In this document: piece by piece, positions 1-8,662 of the stretch
Numbering within the stretch: the first letter of the stretch is position 1
Layout of the letters: each line of letters starts with the position of its first letter
Assembly: GCA_029974015.1 (NCBI GenBank)
Contig: JARKUF010000019.1
Span: 10,219 to 74,218 of the forward strand
Length of the DNA stretch: 64,000 nt
Direction: 5' to 3'
DNA from: Spirochaetota bacterium
GTDB lineage: Bacteria; Spirochaetota; UBA4802; JAGODF01
The notes under the pieces: model-generated
Told to the model about the DNA's origin: nothing
Database searches by the model: none
What the model saw: the letters and a program-made list of their open reading frames with translations, nothing else
Program-made: the position numbers and the translations under genes

Positions 1-78
1 GCACTTGAGCGCATATTCCAAATGCAAAAATTTTTCCGGAAGCATCCCGGCTTTTTCATTAGCACCAAAATAATTGCC

Positions 79-264
79 TTACTCCCCTGGTGCATCACCC
101 GGCTTTCCGCCCTTCGGCTCTGCCGCGGCCGCAAGAAGCTCGCATTTTATACCATGCGGACCGAGCGGCCCGGCGGAAGCATAGCTGCGGCATGCCCGGA
201 GCGCCGAGGCGGCGATGATCAAAGCAATTGCGATCAGGAGGGCATATCGAAGATTTGGACGCAC
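79..264 (-). CDS. Small exported hypothetical protein (possible secretin-associated lipoprotein)
   Basis: A 61-codon ORF with a GTG start lies 10 nt downstream of the secretin stop, with a purine run GGGGGAA just upstream. The N-terminal hydrophobic segment LLIAIALIIAASALRAC ends in Cys. No family recognised. Confidence 0.25.
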   Translation of the reverse strand: MRPNLRYALLIAIALIIAASALRACRSYASAGPLGPHGIKCELLAAAAEPKGGKPGDAPGE

Positions 265-274
265 TTCCCCCGCT

Positions 275-2296
275 CTATTTTCTGAGGAATTTGAGGCGGC
301 GCTGCTGGGACTTCTTCTGGTCGGTAAGGATGTCCATCTTGTCCTGTTTCGTCACAATGTTGGGCGTGATAAACACCAGGAGGTTCGTTTTGCTGTCCGA
401 CACACTATGGCGCTTGAAAAGATGGCCCAGGAGGGGTATGTCCCCCAGAATGGGAATGTATGTCTCCTCTACGGTTTTACTGTTACGGATTAGTCCCCCC
501 ACCACGATGGTTTTCCCGTCGGCCACGGTGACCTTGGTTTTAAAGTCCCGTCGGCCAAGCTTCGGAGGGATGACGCCGCCGCTGTCGAGGACCGTGGTCT
601 GGCCGAGGACCGAGTTCACTTCCAGGAAAAGATCGAGGGTGATGGCGGCCTTATTGGTAATGTGGGGTTTGCACTTGAGTTTAACCCCTACGGACTTGTA
701 ATCGAAGGTGAAAAATTGGGTCCCCGTGTCGCTGATCCGGTTGTTCGTAGGGACCGGAATTTCTTCCCCCACATTAATTTCCGATTCATTATTATCGATG
801 GCCAGCACCTGGGGAGTGGACAGTATATTGAAGTTCCGGTCCGACGCCGAGGCGTTGAGAAGCACATAGCTCAGAATGGAGCGGTCCGCCAGATACCCAA
901 GCTGAAACCCTGTTCCCAGGGGGACCGCCATTTTCTTCCCGGAAAACCCCGAGGGCACGGAGAAGTTGGGCACGGAACCGGTGATGTTCGAGGTGCCGCC
1001 CAGATGCTCCCCCCACTGGTTCCCCAACATCCAGTCGATGCCGAAGCCCCAGCCATTGTCCGCCGACACTTCTACAATGAGGGATTCTATGTACACCTGC
1101 TCGCGGACAATGTCGAGCTCTTTGATGATCCGTTTGATCTCGGAAAATTCGTCGGGAAGCGCCGTGATGATGAGTGAATTGGTTTCCTTGTTGGCAACTA
1201 TCGACAGCTTCGCCTTGGGCTGCTGGATTGCGGGCTGTTGCGGAGCGGGTTGTTTGGCCGCGGCCCCCTTCTTCTTCGTCTGTTGCACCGGCGCCTGGAC
1301 GGGAGAAGTGTCTATCAGGGCCGTTTCGGAAAAGGGCACCCGGGAAAGTACCGAGGCGAGCTCGTTTGCGTCGGCGTTTTCCAGGTGCACGACGTGGATC
1401 CTTCCCGTGGGCTTTTTCACCTTCTCTTCTTTTCCGTCCTCGGTTATTTCCTCAATGGACCGGTCAAGTGATTTGGCTATCCTCACAAGGCCGTTCACCT
1501 CGTCGGCGGCGCCCCGGATGATGAGGATGTTCTCCGGCGGGTAGATTACCACATCGGAATCCTTGGTCTTTAAGCTCCGAATAACATTGTTCACTTCTTT
1601 CACATCGGCGCTCTGGAGCTGGTGTAAATAGGTGATAATCTCGCCGCCCTCGGGGAGCGCCTTTTTGTCCTCGTCGGTGATCACCTTCACGGAGCCCTGG
1701 ACAGCTTCCCGGACCGGCACCACCTTGATGAAATGCTCGGTTTCAACCAGGGCCATGCCCTTCACTTCGAGGATCACCCTGAGGACCTCCAGGGCGCTGT
1801 CGATGGGTATCTTTTTACTGGAACTTATGGTAATCTTCCCGCGGACCTTCTCGTCGATGATGATGTTTTTTCCGGCCACCTGCCCCAGGACGTTGAGGAG
1901 TTCGGAGAGCTCGACATTATTGAAATTGAGCAGTATTTTTTTAGATTCCCTCTGCGTCTTTGTTGCCTGGACCGCCTTCTTTACGGTCTTCTTTTCGCCG
2001 CCTTTTTCTTCGATGTCGACGACAATCTTAAGGTCCTGACTTTTACCGGCCGGGGCTTCTTTTTTTTGCTCCTCACGAGGGGCCACGGTCCCTCCGCCGG
2101 CCCCCCGTTCCTGCGCCATCAGGTGGCCCCGGCTGTAAACATAGTACGCGCCACCGGCCCCCTCATCGGCTTCCGAAGAGCCCGGAACCGCCGAAGGGCC
2201 CCAGGCGGACATCTGGAAGCTCATTAAAGCAAACAGCGCTATAACGGAGATGGAATGCAGCGGCAGACCTTTTACTCGTCGATGATGGCGGCGCAT
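275..2296 (-). CDS. gspD: Type II secretion system secretin (GspD family)
   Basis: The N-terminus carries a signal-like segment. N0/N1-type domains are present (LLNFNNVELSELLNVLGQVAGKNIIIDEKVRGKITI). The C-terminal secretin domain ends in IPILGDIPLLGHLFKRHSVSDSKTNLLVFITPNIV. Confidence 0.85.
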   Translation of the reverse strand: MRRHHRRVKGLPLHSISVIALFALMSFQMSAWGPSAVPGSSEADEGAGGAYYVYSRGHLMAQERGAGGGTVAPREEQKKEAPAGKSQDLKIVVDIEEKGGEKKTVKKAVQATKTQRESKKILLNFNNVELSELLNVLGQVAGKNIIIDEKVRGKITISSSKKIPIDSALEVLRVILEVKGMALVETEHFIKVVPVREAVQGSVKVITDEDKKALPEGGEIITYLHQLQSADVKEVNNVIRSLKTKDSDVVIYPPENILIIRGAADEVNGLVRIAKSLDRSIEEITEDGKEEKVKKPTGRIHVVHLENADANELASVLSRVPFSETALIDTSPVQAPVQQTKKKGAAAKQPAPQQPAIQQPKAKLSIVANKETNSLIITALPDEFSEIKRIIKELDIVREQVYIESLIVEVSADNGWGFGIDWMLGNQWGEHLGGTSNITGSVPNFSVPSGFSGKKMAVPLGTGFQLGYLADRSILSYVLLNASASDRNFNILSTPQVLAIDNNESEINVGEEIPVPTNNRISDTGTQFFTFDYKSVGVKLKCKPHITNKAAITLDLFLEVNSVLGQTTVLDSGGVIPPKLGRRDFKTKVTVADGKTIVVGGLIRNSKTVEETYIPILGDIPLLGHLFKRHSVSDSKTNLLVFITPNIVTKQDKMDILTDQKKSQQRRLKFLRK

Positions 2297-2403
2297 CGTG
2301 TAACCCTCGGGATATGGTTTCTATGGCGGTAATCCGCAAACCGGAACAGGAAAATCAAGGCGGCAAGCCCTGCCATCTTTACCAGTGGCAAACTTTTATT
2401 TAT

Positions 2404-2474
2404 GGCAACCTCTAAGTAATCAGGCTTTCCCGCCCGCCTTAGGCAGGCGGGAAAACATCGTTTTGTGACTGCCC
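2404..2474. repeat. Interspersed hairpin repeat, copy A (GC hairpin plus flanking boxes)
   Basis: GGCAACCTCT lies at 2404-2413. The imperfect hairpin TTTCCCGCCCGCC-ttagg-CAGGCGGGAAA spans about 2426-2455. TGACTGCCC lies at 2466-2474. The copy is intergenic between gspD and pyrR. Confidence 0.8.
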
Positions 2475-2559
2475 TTAATATATAATGGCCTTTATTGGGG
2501 AGATTTGTTAATTTTTCAAACACTATTTCCCGGTCCTGGCCTTTCCGCCGGGTCCCGGT

Positions 2560-3090
2560 TTAAAGCAGGTATATCCCCTCGTCTTTATCGTCGGTTTCCC
2601 TGAGGAAGAGTTTCACCGTGTCGTCGGCTTTCGTGTCGATTGTAAACCCGCAGTAATCCGGCTGGATTGGAAGTTCCCGGTTTCCCCGGTCGATGAGGAC
2701 AAAAAGCCGAATTTCCCTTGGCCTTCCGAACCCAGTGAGGGATTCCAGGGCTGCCTTGGTGGTCCTTCCGGTGAAAATGACGTCATCCACCAGAAGGATG
2801 GATAGCTTCTCTATGTCGAAGGGGATTTTCGTCTCCTTGATGACCGGAAGGGCCCCGCGGGTGGACAGGTCGTCGCGGTAGAAAGTGATGTCGAGGGCCC
2901 CCATGGGCACTTTCGTACCCGTGCGCTCTTCAAGCCTGTGCCGAATGCGTTCCGCAAGCGCGACCCCCCTGGTCTGGATCCCCACAATGGCAAAGCTTCC
3001 AATGTCCTTTATGTCCCCCGCGATCTTTTCCGCGCAATCGTCGATTATCTTCTCGATGGCGTCGCCGCCCAGGATTTTCTTTCCTTTCAT
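2560..3090 (-). CDS. pyrR: Bifunctional pyrimidine regulatory protein / uracil phosphoribosyltransferase PyrR
   Basis: Full-length match to the PyrR pattern. Supporting segments are AIVGIQTRGVALAERI, DITFYRDDL and the PRPP-binding motif LLVDDVIFTGRT. Confidence 0.9.
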   Translation of the reverse strand: MKGKKILGGDAIEKIIDDCAEKIAGDIKDIGSFAIVGIQTRGVALAERIRHRLEERTGTKVPMGALDITFYRDDLSTRGALPVIKETKIPFDIEKLSILLVDDVIFTGRTTKAALESLTGFGRPREIRLFVLIDRGNRELPIQPDYCGFTIDTKADDTVKLFLRETDDKDEGIYLL

Positions 3091-3245
3091 CGCATCGCCT
3101 TCATTTCCTGGAGGTATTTCCGAAAGGGCTTCACCGGAGGGGCGGCCTCGCCGACAGCGGAGCAGTAAACTCTCCAGGCCCGGCCAAAAACGGCGGTACC
3201 GGTCCCCACGACGGGCATACGATTGATTTCGGTTCTTTTTGCCAT
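3087..3245 (-). CDS. Small upstream ORF (52 codons) translationally coupled to pyrR; possible leader peptide
   Basis: The ATG at 3245 is preceded by GGGAG at about 7 nt. Its stop overlaps the pyrR start in an ATGA arrangement. The longer 75-aa track ORF would begin inside the predicted promoter. No family recognised. Confidence 0.3.
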   Translation of the reverse strand: MAKRTEINRMPVVGTGTAVFGRAWRVYCSAVGEAAPPVKPFRKYLQEMKAMR

Positions 3246-3284
3246 ATACGTTCTCCCGCCGTGGGCGGGCAAAAGTACCCCGAG

Positions 3285-3314
3285 ATTACACCGTTCCTGG
3301 TCCCTTTTTGTCAA
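3285..3314 (-). promoter_or_regulatory. Candidate sigma70-type promoter for the small ORF-pyrR unit
   Basis: On the minus strand, TTGACA (3314-3309) is followed by an 18-nt spacer and TGTAAT (3290-3285). The site is about 40 nt upstream of the ATG at 3245. Confidence 0.4.
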
Positions 3315-3335
3315 ATAAAAAAAGACAGGGGGGCC

Positions 3336-3953
3336 TCATCTTACATTCTTCGAAACATGATTGGGCGAGGCGTCCGCGCTCCCAATGGGTTTTCCACCAT
3401 GCCGCGGATTATACAGGCTGTGGCGGGAATACACGCAGCCGCAGTAGTTCTGGCGGTAGAAGCCTTCGGCGCGGGAAATATCAAGGGACTTCCTAAACCC
3501 GTCATTTTTTTTGAAATCGGCCTCGAAAAAACCGATGCCGTAGCGCGCCGAGAGCCCGCGCCCCAGTTCATTTATCATGGAGGCGTCTTTGTGGGGGCTG
3601 ATGGAGAGGGTGGTGCCCACGAGCCCAATGGACTCCTCGGCGGCCTTTGCGAAGCTGCGCTCCAGGCGCATGGCGATGCAGAGGCGGCAACGCCCGGAAC
3701 GTTCGCCTTCGAAGCGGCGTTCCTTAACGCGGCGGAACCACTCCCCGGCATCGTACTCGCCTTCGATGAGGCGGAACGCCTTTTTCCGGGAAAAGCGGCG
3801 AAGCTCATCCAGGCGTTTTTCGTATTCCCTCCGGGGATGGATGTTTGGATTGTAGAAGAAGGACACAACTTCGTACTCGCCCCCCAGGAGGTTCTGGACA
3901 TGTCCCGCGCAGGGGGCGCAGCAGCAGTGGAGCAATATGGATTTTCCGTTCAA
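3336..3953 (-). CDS. queH: Epoxyqueuosine reductase QueH (DUF208)
   Basis: The N-terminal LLHCCCAPCAG motif and the conserved Cys pattern (RCRLC, YCGC) are typical of QueH. Confidence 0.88.
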   Translation of the reverse strand: MNGKSILLHCCCAPCAGHVQNLLGGEYEVVSFFYNPNIHPRREYEKRLDELRRFSRKKAFRLIEGEYDAGEWFRRVKERRFEGERSGRCRLCIAMRLERSFAKAAEESIGLVGTTLSISPHKDASMINELGRGLSARYGIGFFEADFKKNDGFRKSLDISRAEGFYRQNYCGCVYSRHSLYNPRHGGKPIGSADASPNHVSKNVR

Positions 3954-4336
3954 GACCCGGTCAAATACTTAAAGAGGAATTCGAAGAGCGATTTCGCTTT
4001 TCTGGGCTCACTTTTACTGTCGAGCCAGAGGAGCAGTTCCGCGCTGACGCCCCTGGGCGAATCGTATTCGTGGTGGATGATATATTTAGCGAGCTCGAAC
4101 TTAATGCTGTCGAAAATCTTCTCCGCCATGGCTATGTTCGAGGGGCTGGGCCCCATGATCTGGCTGATTTTGCAAATGAGTTCGTGTTTCTGGGTTTCCT
4201 TGAGAGCGCACCGGCATGTTTCGTACACCGGGGACTCGCGCATAACAATATTGTCGGCCATACCTGCCATCTCAGCCATCTCAGCCATCTCCTGGGATCT
4301 TCTGGAAGCGCATTTGGTGGAAGTTCTATGTCTCAT
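3950..4336 (-). CDS. Hypothetical protein (start uncertain)
   Basis: The ORF stop overlaps the queH start by 4 nt. It contains an in-frame 9-nt tandem repeat encoding EMAEMAEMAGM. No family recognised. Confidence 0.45.
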   Translation of the reverse strand: MRHRTSTKCASRRSQEMAEMAEMAGMADNIVMRESPVYETCRCALKETQKHELICKISQIMGPSPSNIAMAEKIFDSIKFELAKYIIHHEYDSPRGVSAELLLWLDSKSEPRKAKSLFEFLFKYLTGS

Positions 4337-4513
4337 AACGTCCGCCGTCCCCGTAATTCATTTATTGATACACAATACGGTTCCGGCTGTTATTCTTTTA
4401 ATGTATACAAAACAGGAATGAACGTCAATACTGAGGGGTAAGTTTTTTCCGCTGTCCCAAATTTTTTACGTTTTTTTTATTCCACACACACCCGCAATCC
4501 CCCGGCAGGCAGG

Positions 4514-6682
4514 TCATTTCATGTGAATGACGCCCCCGTTGCGGCAGAGGTTGCGCCCCTCGGCCTTGGCCGCATAGAGCGACTCATCGGCCCTGCGTAT
4601 GAGCTCAATCTTCACGCCCTCCACCTTGCTTCGCATGGCGGGGCGGGACTGTATTCTGTCAAAGTCGATTTCTCCGGAAGTAATCTTCCCGTCTAAGGTG
4701 GCGATGCCGATGGACACGGTCCCCCGGATTTTTCCCGAAAAGGCCGCAACCTCTATCTTTTTCCGTATGCGCTCGGCGACGGCCGCGGCCTCCACATTGT
4801 CGGTCTCCGGGAGTATCACAGCGAACTCCTCCCCGCCGTAGCGCGAGACGATGTCCACGAGGCGCACCTGTTCGCTGATGATGTTCGAAATTCCCCTGAG
4901 CACAAGGTCCCCTGCCTGATGTCCATGGGTATCGTTAATGGCCTTGAAATGGTCGATATCAATCATCAGAAGGGAGAGCTGGCGGCGGGCCCTGATGGTA
5001 TTTGCGATCTCCTCGGATATGCGCTGATGAAAAAAGCGCGATATATAGAGCTTTGTGAGTCCATCACGTATGGCAAGCTCATAGAGGCAGGCGTTTTCCA
5101 GGGCGATGACGATATGGTTCGCCAGAATGCGGAAAAGCTCCACGTCCCGCCGGGTGTAGATATCGCCCGTATTGCGGTCGCCGATGCAGAGGATCCCCTT
5201 CAGGGAGCCCTTGTAGGGCATGGGGATGATGAGAGTCGCCCGAAACGCGTCGAAGGTCTCAAGGAGCTCCCGGGATACGACCGCGCTGCCGTCCTCAAGC
5301 TCCTCCCGGAAAATCTCGCGGTTCGCCAGCCGAAGGAAACGGACCAGATCGTGCATGCCCGGAAGGCTCGTGATGTTTTCCTGCGGCACCCCGTGGACCG
5401 CCGCCGGGACATAGCTGTCATTATCTTCTTCGTACACCAGAAGCCCGAAGGAAAGGGCCTTCACCGTGTTCAGGACCGTGTCCCGGACGATTTCTATAAG
5501 CATATTGTAGTCGAGGACCGACACCGCCTTCATGCTCACATCGAGGATGGTTTTCCGGTAATTAAACTGCCGGGGAAATACCAGCCGGTCAACGAAGCGC
5601 TGAACGAGCGTGTGGAGCGGATTGAAAAGGGCCACTACAATGAGCGCATATAAAATTGAAAGCAAAATCTGGGTGCTGTCCGGAGAAAGGCCGATGATGA
5701 AGACGATCCAGATGCCGAAAAAGGCCCCGGCCAGAAGGAGATACACCAGGAGGCGCTGGAATATCTCGGTGATGTTAATAAGGCGGTATCTGAGGATGGC
5801 GTAGGTCAAAAAAAACAGCGCAACGAGGATGCCTAATTGGCCCCAGGGAAACAGGGGTTTGCCGAAGCGGTAAAATATAAAGGACACGATGAAACTCATG
5901 GGAACGAGGAAGGCGAGGAGCCACAAGGCGTTCCTGAAAGGGAGGAGGACCCGCACTGTCCCTTTCAATGCCCATGTGTAGGCCAAAATCACCAGAACGT
6001 ACATGACGATCATCAGGGACTGAAGGGCAAGGTTTTCCGCGAACATCGCCCCCGTGACGAGAGACTTCTGAAGTCCGGCAGCGCCTGATATGACATACAT
6101 GGTTTCCGATATGGCTATTAAAAAACCCGCGGACATGCCGAGCCAGAGGAGCCTCGTCTGGTTTCTCCGGCTGTTGGTCTCGGCCTTTCTGTACTCACCG
6201 TAAAGGACTAACAAACCAAGGGCCACAGCGGAAAAATAGTATGTATTGGAAATAATATTCCAGGGAAACAGAAGCTTGGGATAAAAACCGAAATAATTGT
6301 AATGCACTGCGTGGACGGGGGCGAAAAGCGCAAGACAGGCCAGGACTGTTCCCACGGCGAGTAAAATATACAGGTAGATATCCATCCGCCTGGCGAAGAC
6401 ATACGCAACATACAGAAACGAAACCGGGATTAAAAGCCATCCCAGAAAGTAAGTACGCGCCAGGAACGAAGCGAAGGCGTAGTCGGGAGTAATTATCATC
6501 AGGCCGGCGCAGAACAGCCAGGCCAGGAGGGAAAGGCAGAAAAGAAAGGCGGCACGCACGAGGCGCGTTTTAAACCCCTTCATGACCAGGTTCAGGGAGA
6601 AGAGGAAAACAATGACGCTGGTGATGAGGGTGAATATCCCGTAGGGAAGGAGGTTATGGATGTATGTTTCTACAATCTGCAA
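4514..6682 (-). CDS. Membrane-bound diguanylate cyclase (multi-TM sensor, GAF and GGDEF domains)
   Basis: The N-terminal half is a long polytopic hydrophobic region. A GAF-like segment follows (LIIPMPYKGSLKGILCIGDRNTGD). The GGDEF domain has an intact GGEEF motif, with an RLVD (RxxD) I-site 5 residues upstream. Confidence 0.9.
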   Translation of the reverse strand: MQIVETYIHNLLPYGIFTLITSVIVFLFSLNLVMKGFKTRLVRAAFLFCLSLLAWLFCAGLMIITPDYAFASFLARTYFLGWLLIPVSFLYVAYVFARRMDIYLYILLAVGTVLACLALFAPVHAVHYNYFGFYPKLLFPWNIISNTYYFSAVALGLLVLYGEYRKAETNSRRNQTRLLWLGMSAGFLIAISETMYVISGAAGLQKSLVTGAMFAENLALQSLMIVMYVLVILAYTWALKGTVRVLLPFRNALWLLAFLVPMSFIVSFIFYRFGKPLFPWGQLGILVALFFLTYAILRYRLINITEIFQRLLVYLLLAGAFFGIWIVFIIGLSPDSTQILLSILYALIVVALFNPLHTLVQRFVDRLVFPRQFNYRKTILDVSMKAVSVLDYNMLIEIVRDTVLNTVKALSFGLLVYEEDNDSYVPAAVHGVPQENITSLPGMHDLVRFLRLANREIFREELEDGSAVVSRELLETFDAFRATLIIPMPYKGSLKGILCIGDRNTGDIYTRRDVELFRILANHIVIALENACLYELAIRDGLTKLYISRFFHQRISEEIANTIRARRQLSLLMIDIDHFKAINDTHGHQAGDLVLRGISNIISEQVRLVDIVSRYGGEEFAVILPETDNVEAAAVAERIRKKIEVAAFSGKIRGTVSIGIATLDGKITSGEIDFDRIQSRPAMRSKVEGVKIELIRRADESLYAAKAEGRNLCRNGGVIHMK

Positions 6683-7368
6683 CGGCCCATCACCTCCTTC
6701 TTGTAAGTACCGACCCTTATATCGGCGAGCCTCGTGGGTACGGGGACGCGGTACTTCCCGGCGCAGGAGAGGACAATCTCCGCCGCCTCATCGACCCCCA
6801 CCAGATGGCCCGGTGACACGAATACCGGTTTCACGCAACGCCGGGTCCTCAGGACAATGCCGAGAACATCTCCCCCGAGGCCTCGGAGGTAGGTCCGTTC
6901 TCCGCGTTCAACCCCGGGCTCCTCATAGGCCCCATAGAGCTTCGACTTGGCGCAACCTATGGAGGGCACCCCCAGAATCAGCCCCAGATGCGACGCGATT
7001 CCCAGGCGGCGGGGATGGGCAATTCCCTGCCCATCAAAAATAATGCAATCGGGCTTTTTGACAAGCATATTATATGCCCGGATGATAAGCGGGCCCTCCC
7101 GGAAGGAAAGGAGCCCCGGAATATAGGGGAAGTCCATCTCCCCCGAAACGACGGCCTCCTCCACCGGCTCCAGGGAAGGATACGAAAAGACGAGGGCGGC
7201 GCAAAATCCCAGGGAAGATTTTTTATCGAAGGCAAGGTCTATTCCCGCCACGAGGCCCAGGCGGGGCGGCCTCCCGGCAGCAACTACCCCGGCGGCGAGG
7301 CGCTTCTGGAGCGCGATTGCTTCGGAGGGAGTAAAGCTCCAGGAATGGGCGGTCTCATCGGTTGTCAT
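6670..7368 (-). CDS. nfi: Endonuclease V
   Basis: Supporting motifs are GIDLAF, MDFPYIPGLLSFREGP, DGQGIAHPRRLGIASHLG and PSIGCAKS. I chose the start at MTTDE (7368) by comparison with the usual Nfi length; the track ORF extends to 7500. Confidence 0.85.
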   Translation of the reverse strand: MTTDETAHSWSFTPSEAIALQKRLAAGVVAAGRPPRLGLVAGIDLAFDKKSSLGFCAALVFSYPSLEPVEEAVVSGEMDFPYIPGLLSFREGPLIIRAYNMLVKKPDCIIFDGQGIAHPRRLGIASHLGLILGVPSIGCAKSKLYGAYEEPGVERGERTYLRGLGGDVLGIVLRTRRCVKPVFVSPGHLVGVDEAAEIVLSCAGKYRVPVPTRLADIRVGTYKKEVMGRCRL

Positions 7369-7563
7369 GGAAAATATTGGAAGCGGCGCCTTTTCGCGCC
7401 ATGCCTCATAGCAAAAGACAGCGTATATCCGCGGCGAGGACCCTGTCAAGCATCCTCCGGACTTCTTCCAAACGCGGGCTGCCCGGAGCATGTATTCCAC
7501 TACGGGACATCGCGCGCCTGAGAATGCGCGAGGAGCGAGGGCAGTCGATATCCGGGAGAACGC

Positions 7564-8343
7564 TTAAAACTCGGCGCGATACTCTAAGCGTACAATACGG
7601 TGGACGGGCTCATTGTGCTGAAAGAGGAAGGCCAGCTCAACGCCCATGTTCATGTAGGAATATCGGAAGCCGGTGTTAAAGAGCCATTCCTTAGGGCGGC
7701 TAAAATTGTAGTACACCCGCTCCCCTTCCATTTTAAACATGAAGTACTGTCCCATGGGAACGTCCAGGGAAACGAAATACGAAGTGTCGGACGGAACATA
7801 GTTCGGCTGGGCGGGGACCCTCATCCCGAAGCTCACATGCTGTTCATCGTCCAGAAGATAGATAGGCTTGGTCACCACGAAATAAGGCCCGTATATCATC
7901 CGGTTGAGCTCGTTGTCGGAGTAATTGCGCTCCCCGGGCTGCGTCTCGTTGGAATACACCCTTCCCTGCTCCCCGATGTAGAACGCGTCGTATCCCAGGG
8001 CGATGGAGATGGGGAAGTATTCCCATCCGTCGGTAAGCTTTAGCTTCGCCACGACCCCGGGAACATTGGGGTCCGCGCGCTCCTTCCCAATTACGTGCTG
8101 TATGTCGAAGGAAACGCCGAGGAAGATATTATCGTGAATGCCGATGAAAGTCTTCACTTCCATCCCTCCGCCGTCATAGCCTAACACCGAAACCTGGTAG
8201 GTCCCCCGGGTGATGGTGTACGCCGTGGGGGTGTCTATAACCAGGGTGTTGCGGACATAGTTCTGGGCCGCAAGAGGCAAGGCGGCAAAGGCGGTAAGCA
8301 TCAGAATTATAAGGGTTAGAAGAATGTTCTTAGTTTTCATCAT
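7564..8343 (-). CDS. Putative outer-membrane beta-barrel protein, hypothetical
   Basis: The signal peptide is MMKTKNILLTLIILMLTAFAALPLAAQ. The sequence shows an alternating aromatic/hydrophilic pattern and ends in a C-terminal Phe (YRAEF). Confidence 0.6.
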   Translation of the reverse strand: MMKTKNILLTLIILMLTAFAALPLAAQNYVRNTLVIDTPTAYTITRGTYQVSVLGYDGGGMEVKTFIGIHDNIFLGVSFDIQHVIGKERADPNVPGVVAKLKLTDGWEYFPISIALGYDAFYIGEQGRVYSNETQPGERNYSDNELNRMIYGPYFVVTKPIYLLDDEQHVSFGMRVPAQPNYVPSDTSYFVSLDVPMGQYFMFKMEGERVYYNFSRPKEWLFNTGFRYSYMNMGVELAFLFQHNEPVHRIVRLEYRAEF

Positions 8344-8538
8344 AGCGCGATAGTTCCGGCCCCGGAGTTCTTTTCATTACCAAGTATCGGCAGAATCGGA
8401 GGGCCCCAACACCAGAAAAATGGAGAAAAATGTACAGGGAAGCTAATAAAGGCCGTTTTGAGGCGAAAAGAATATATTCCTTGACTTTGTTCTCGCAATA
8501 GGGCATTATAACCTTTCTGGCTACTTTTAATACTCTTT

Positions 8539-8587
8539 CTTTCCCGCCCGCCAGGGGCGGGCAGGGAAATCGAAGTATTGAGTTGCC
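8539..8587. repeat. Interspersed hairpin repeat, copy B
   Basis: The imperfect hairpin is TTTCCCGCCCGCC-aggg-GCGGGCAGGGAAA. It is followed by GAGTTGCC at 8580-8587, which points at the 8663 gene start. Confidence 0.75.
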
Positions 8588-8662
8588 GGAAATCCCTTTT
8601 TTAGAGGGATCTTAAACTTTTTAAAGGTTCCCTCGAATAAAAAACTCCTGGAGGTAAAAATA

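Noticed and set aside
22-285. 87-aa plus-strand ORF at the window start (and 215-701 plus-strand ORFs)
   Set aside because: These overlap the secretin 3' end and the small minus-strand ORF in antisense. They show no motif and a poor start context.
3090-3180. Canonical PyrR-binding loop in the pyrR leader
   Set aside because: Only partial matches (CCUGGAGAG, CCUCCAGGAAAUGAAGG) to the UCCAGAGAGG core are present. I could not build the characteristic stem-loop by eye. I kept it only as a low-confidence hypothesis in the findings.
3261-4421. 386-aa plus-strand ORF
   Set aside because: It lies entirely antisense to queH and the adjacent minus-strand gene, both better supported by motif or operon overlap. 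The product is Ala/Gly/Pro/Arg-rich with no motifs, which is the typical shadow ORF of GC-rich DNA.
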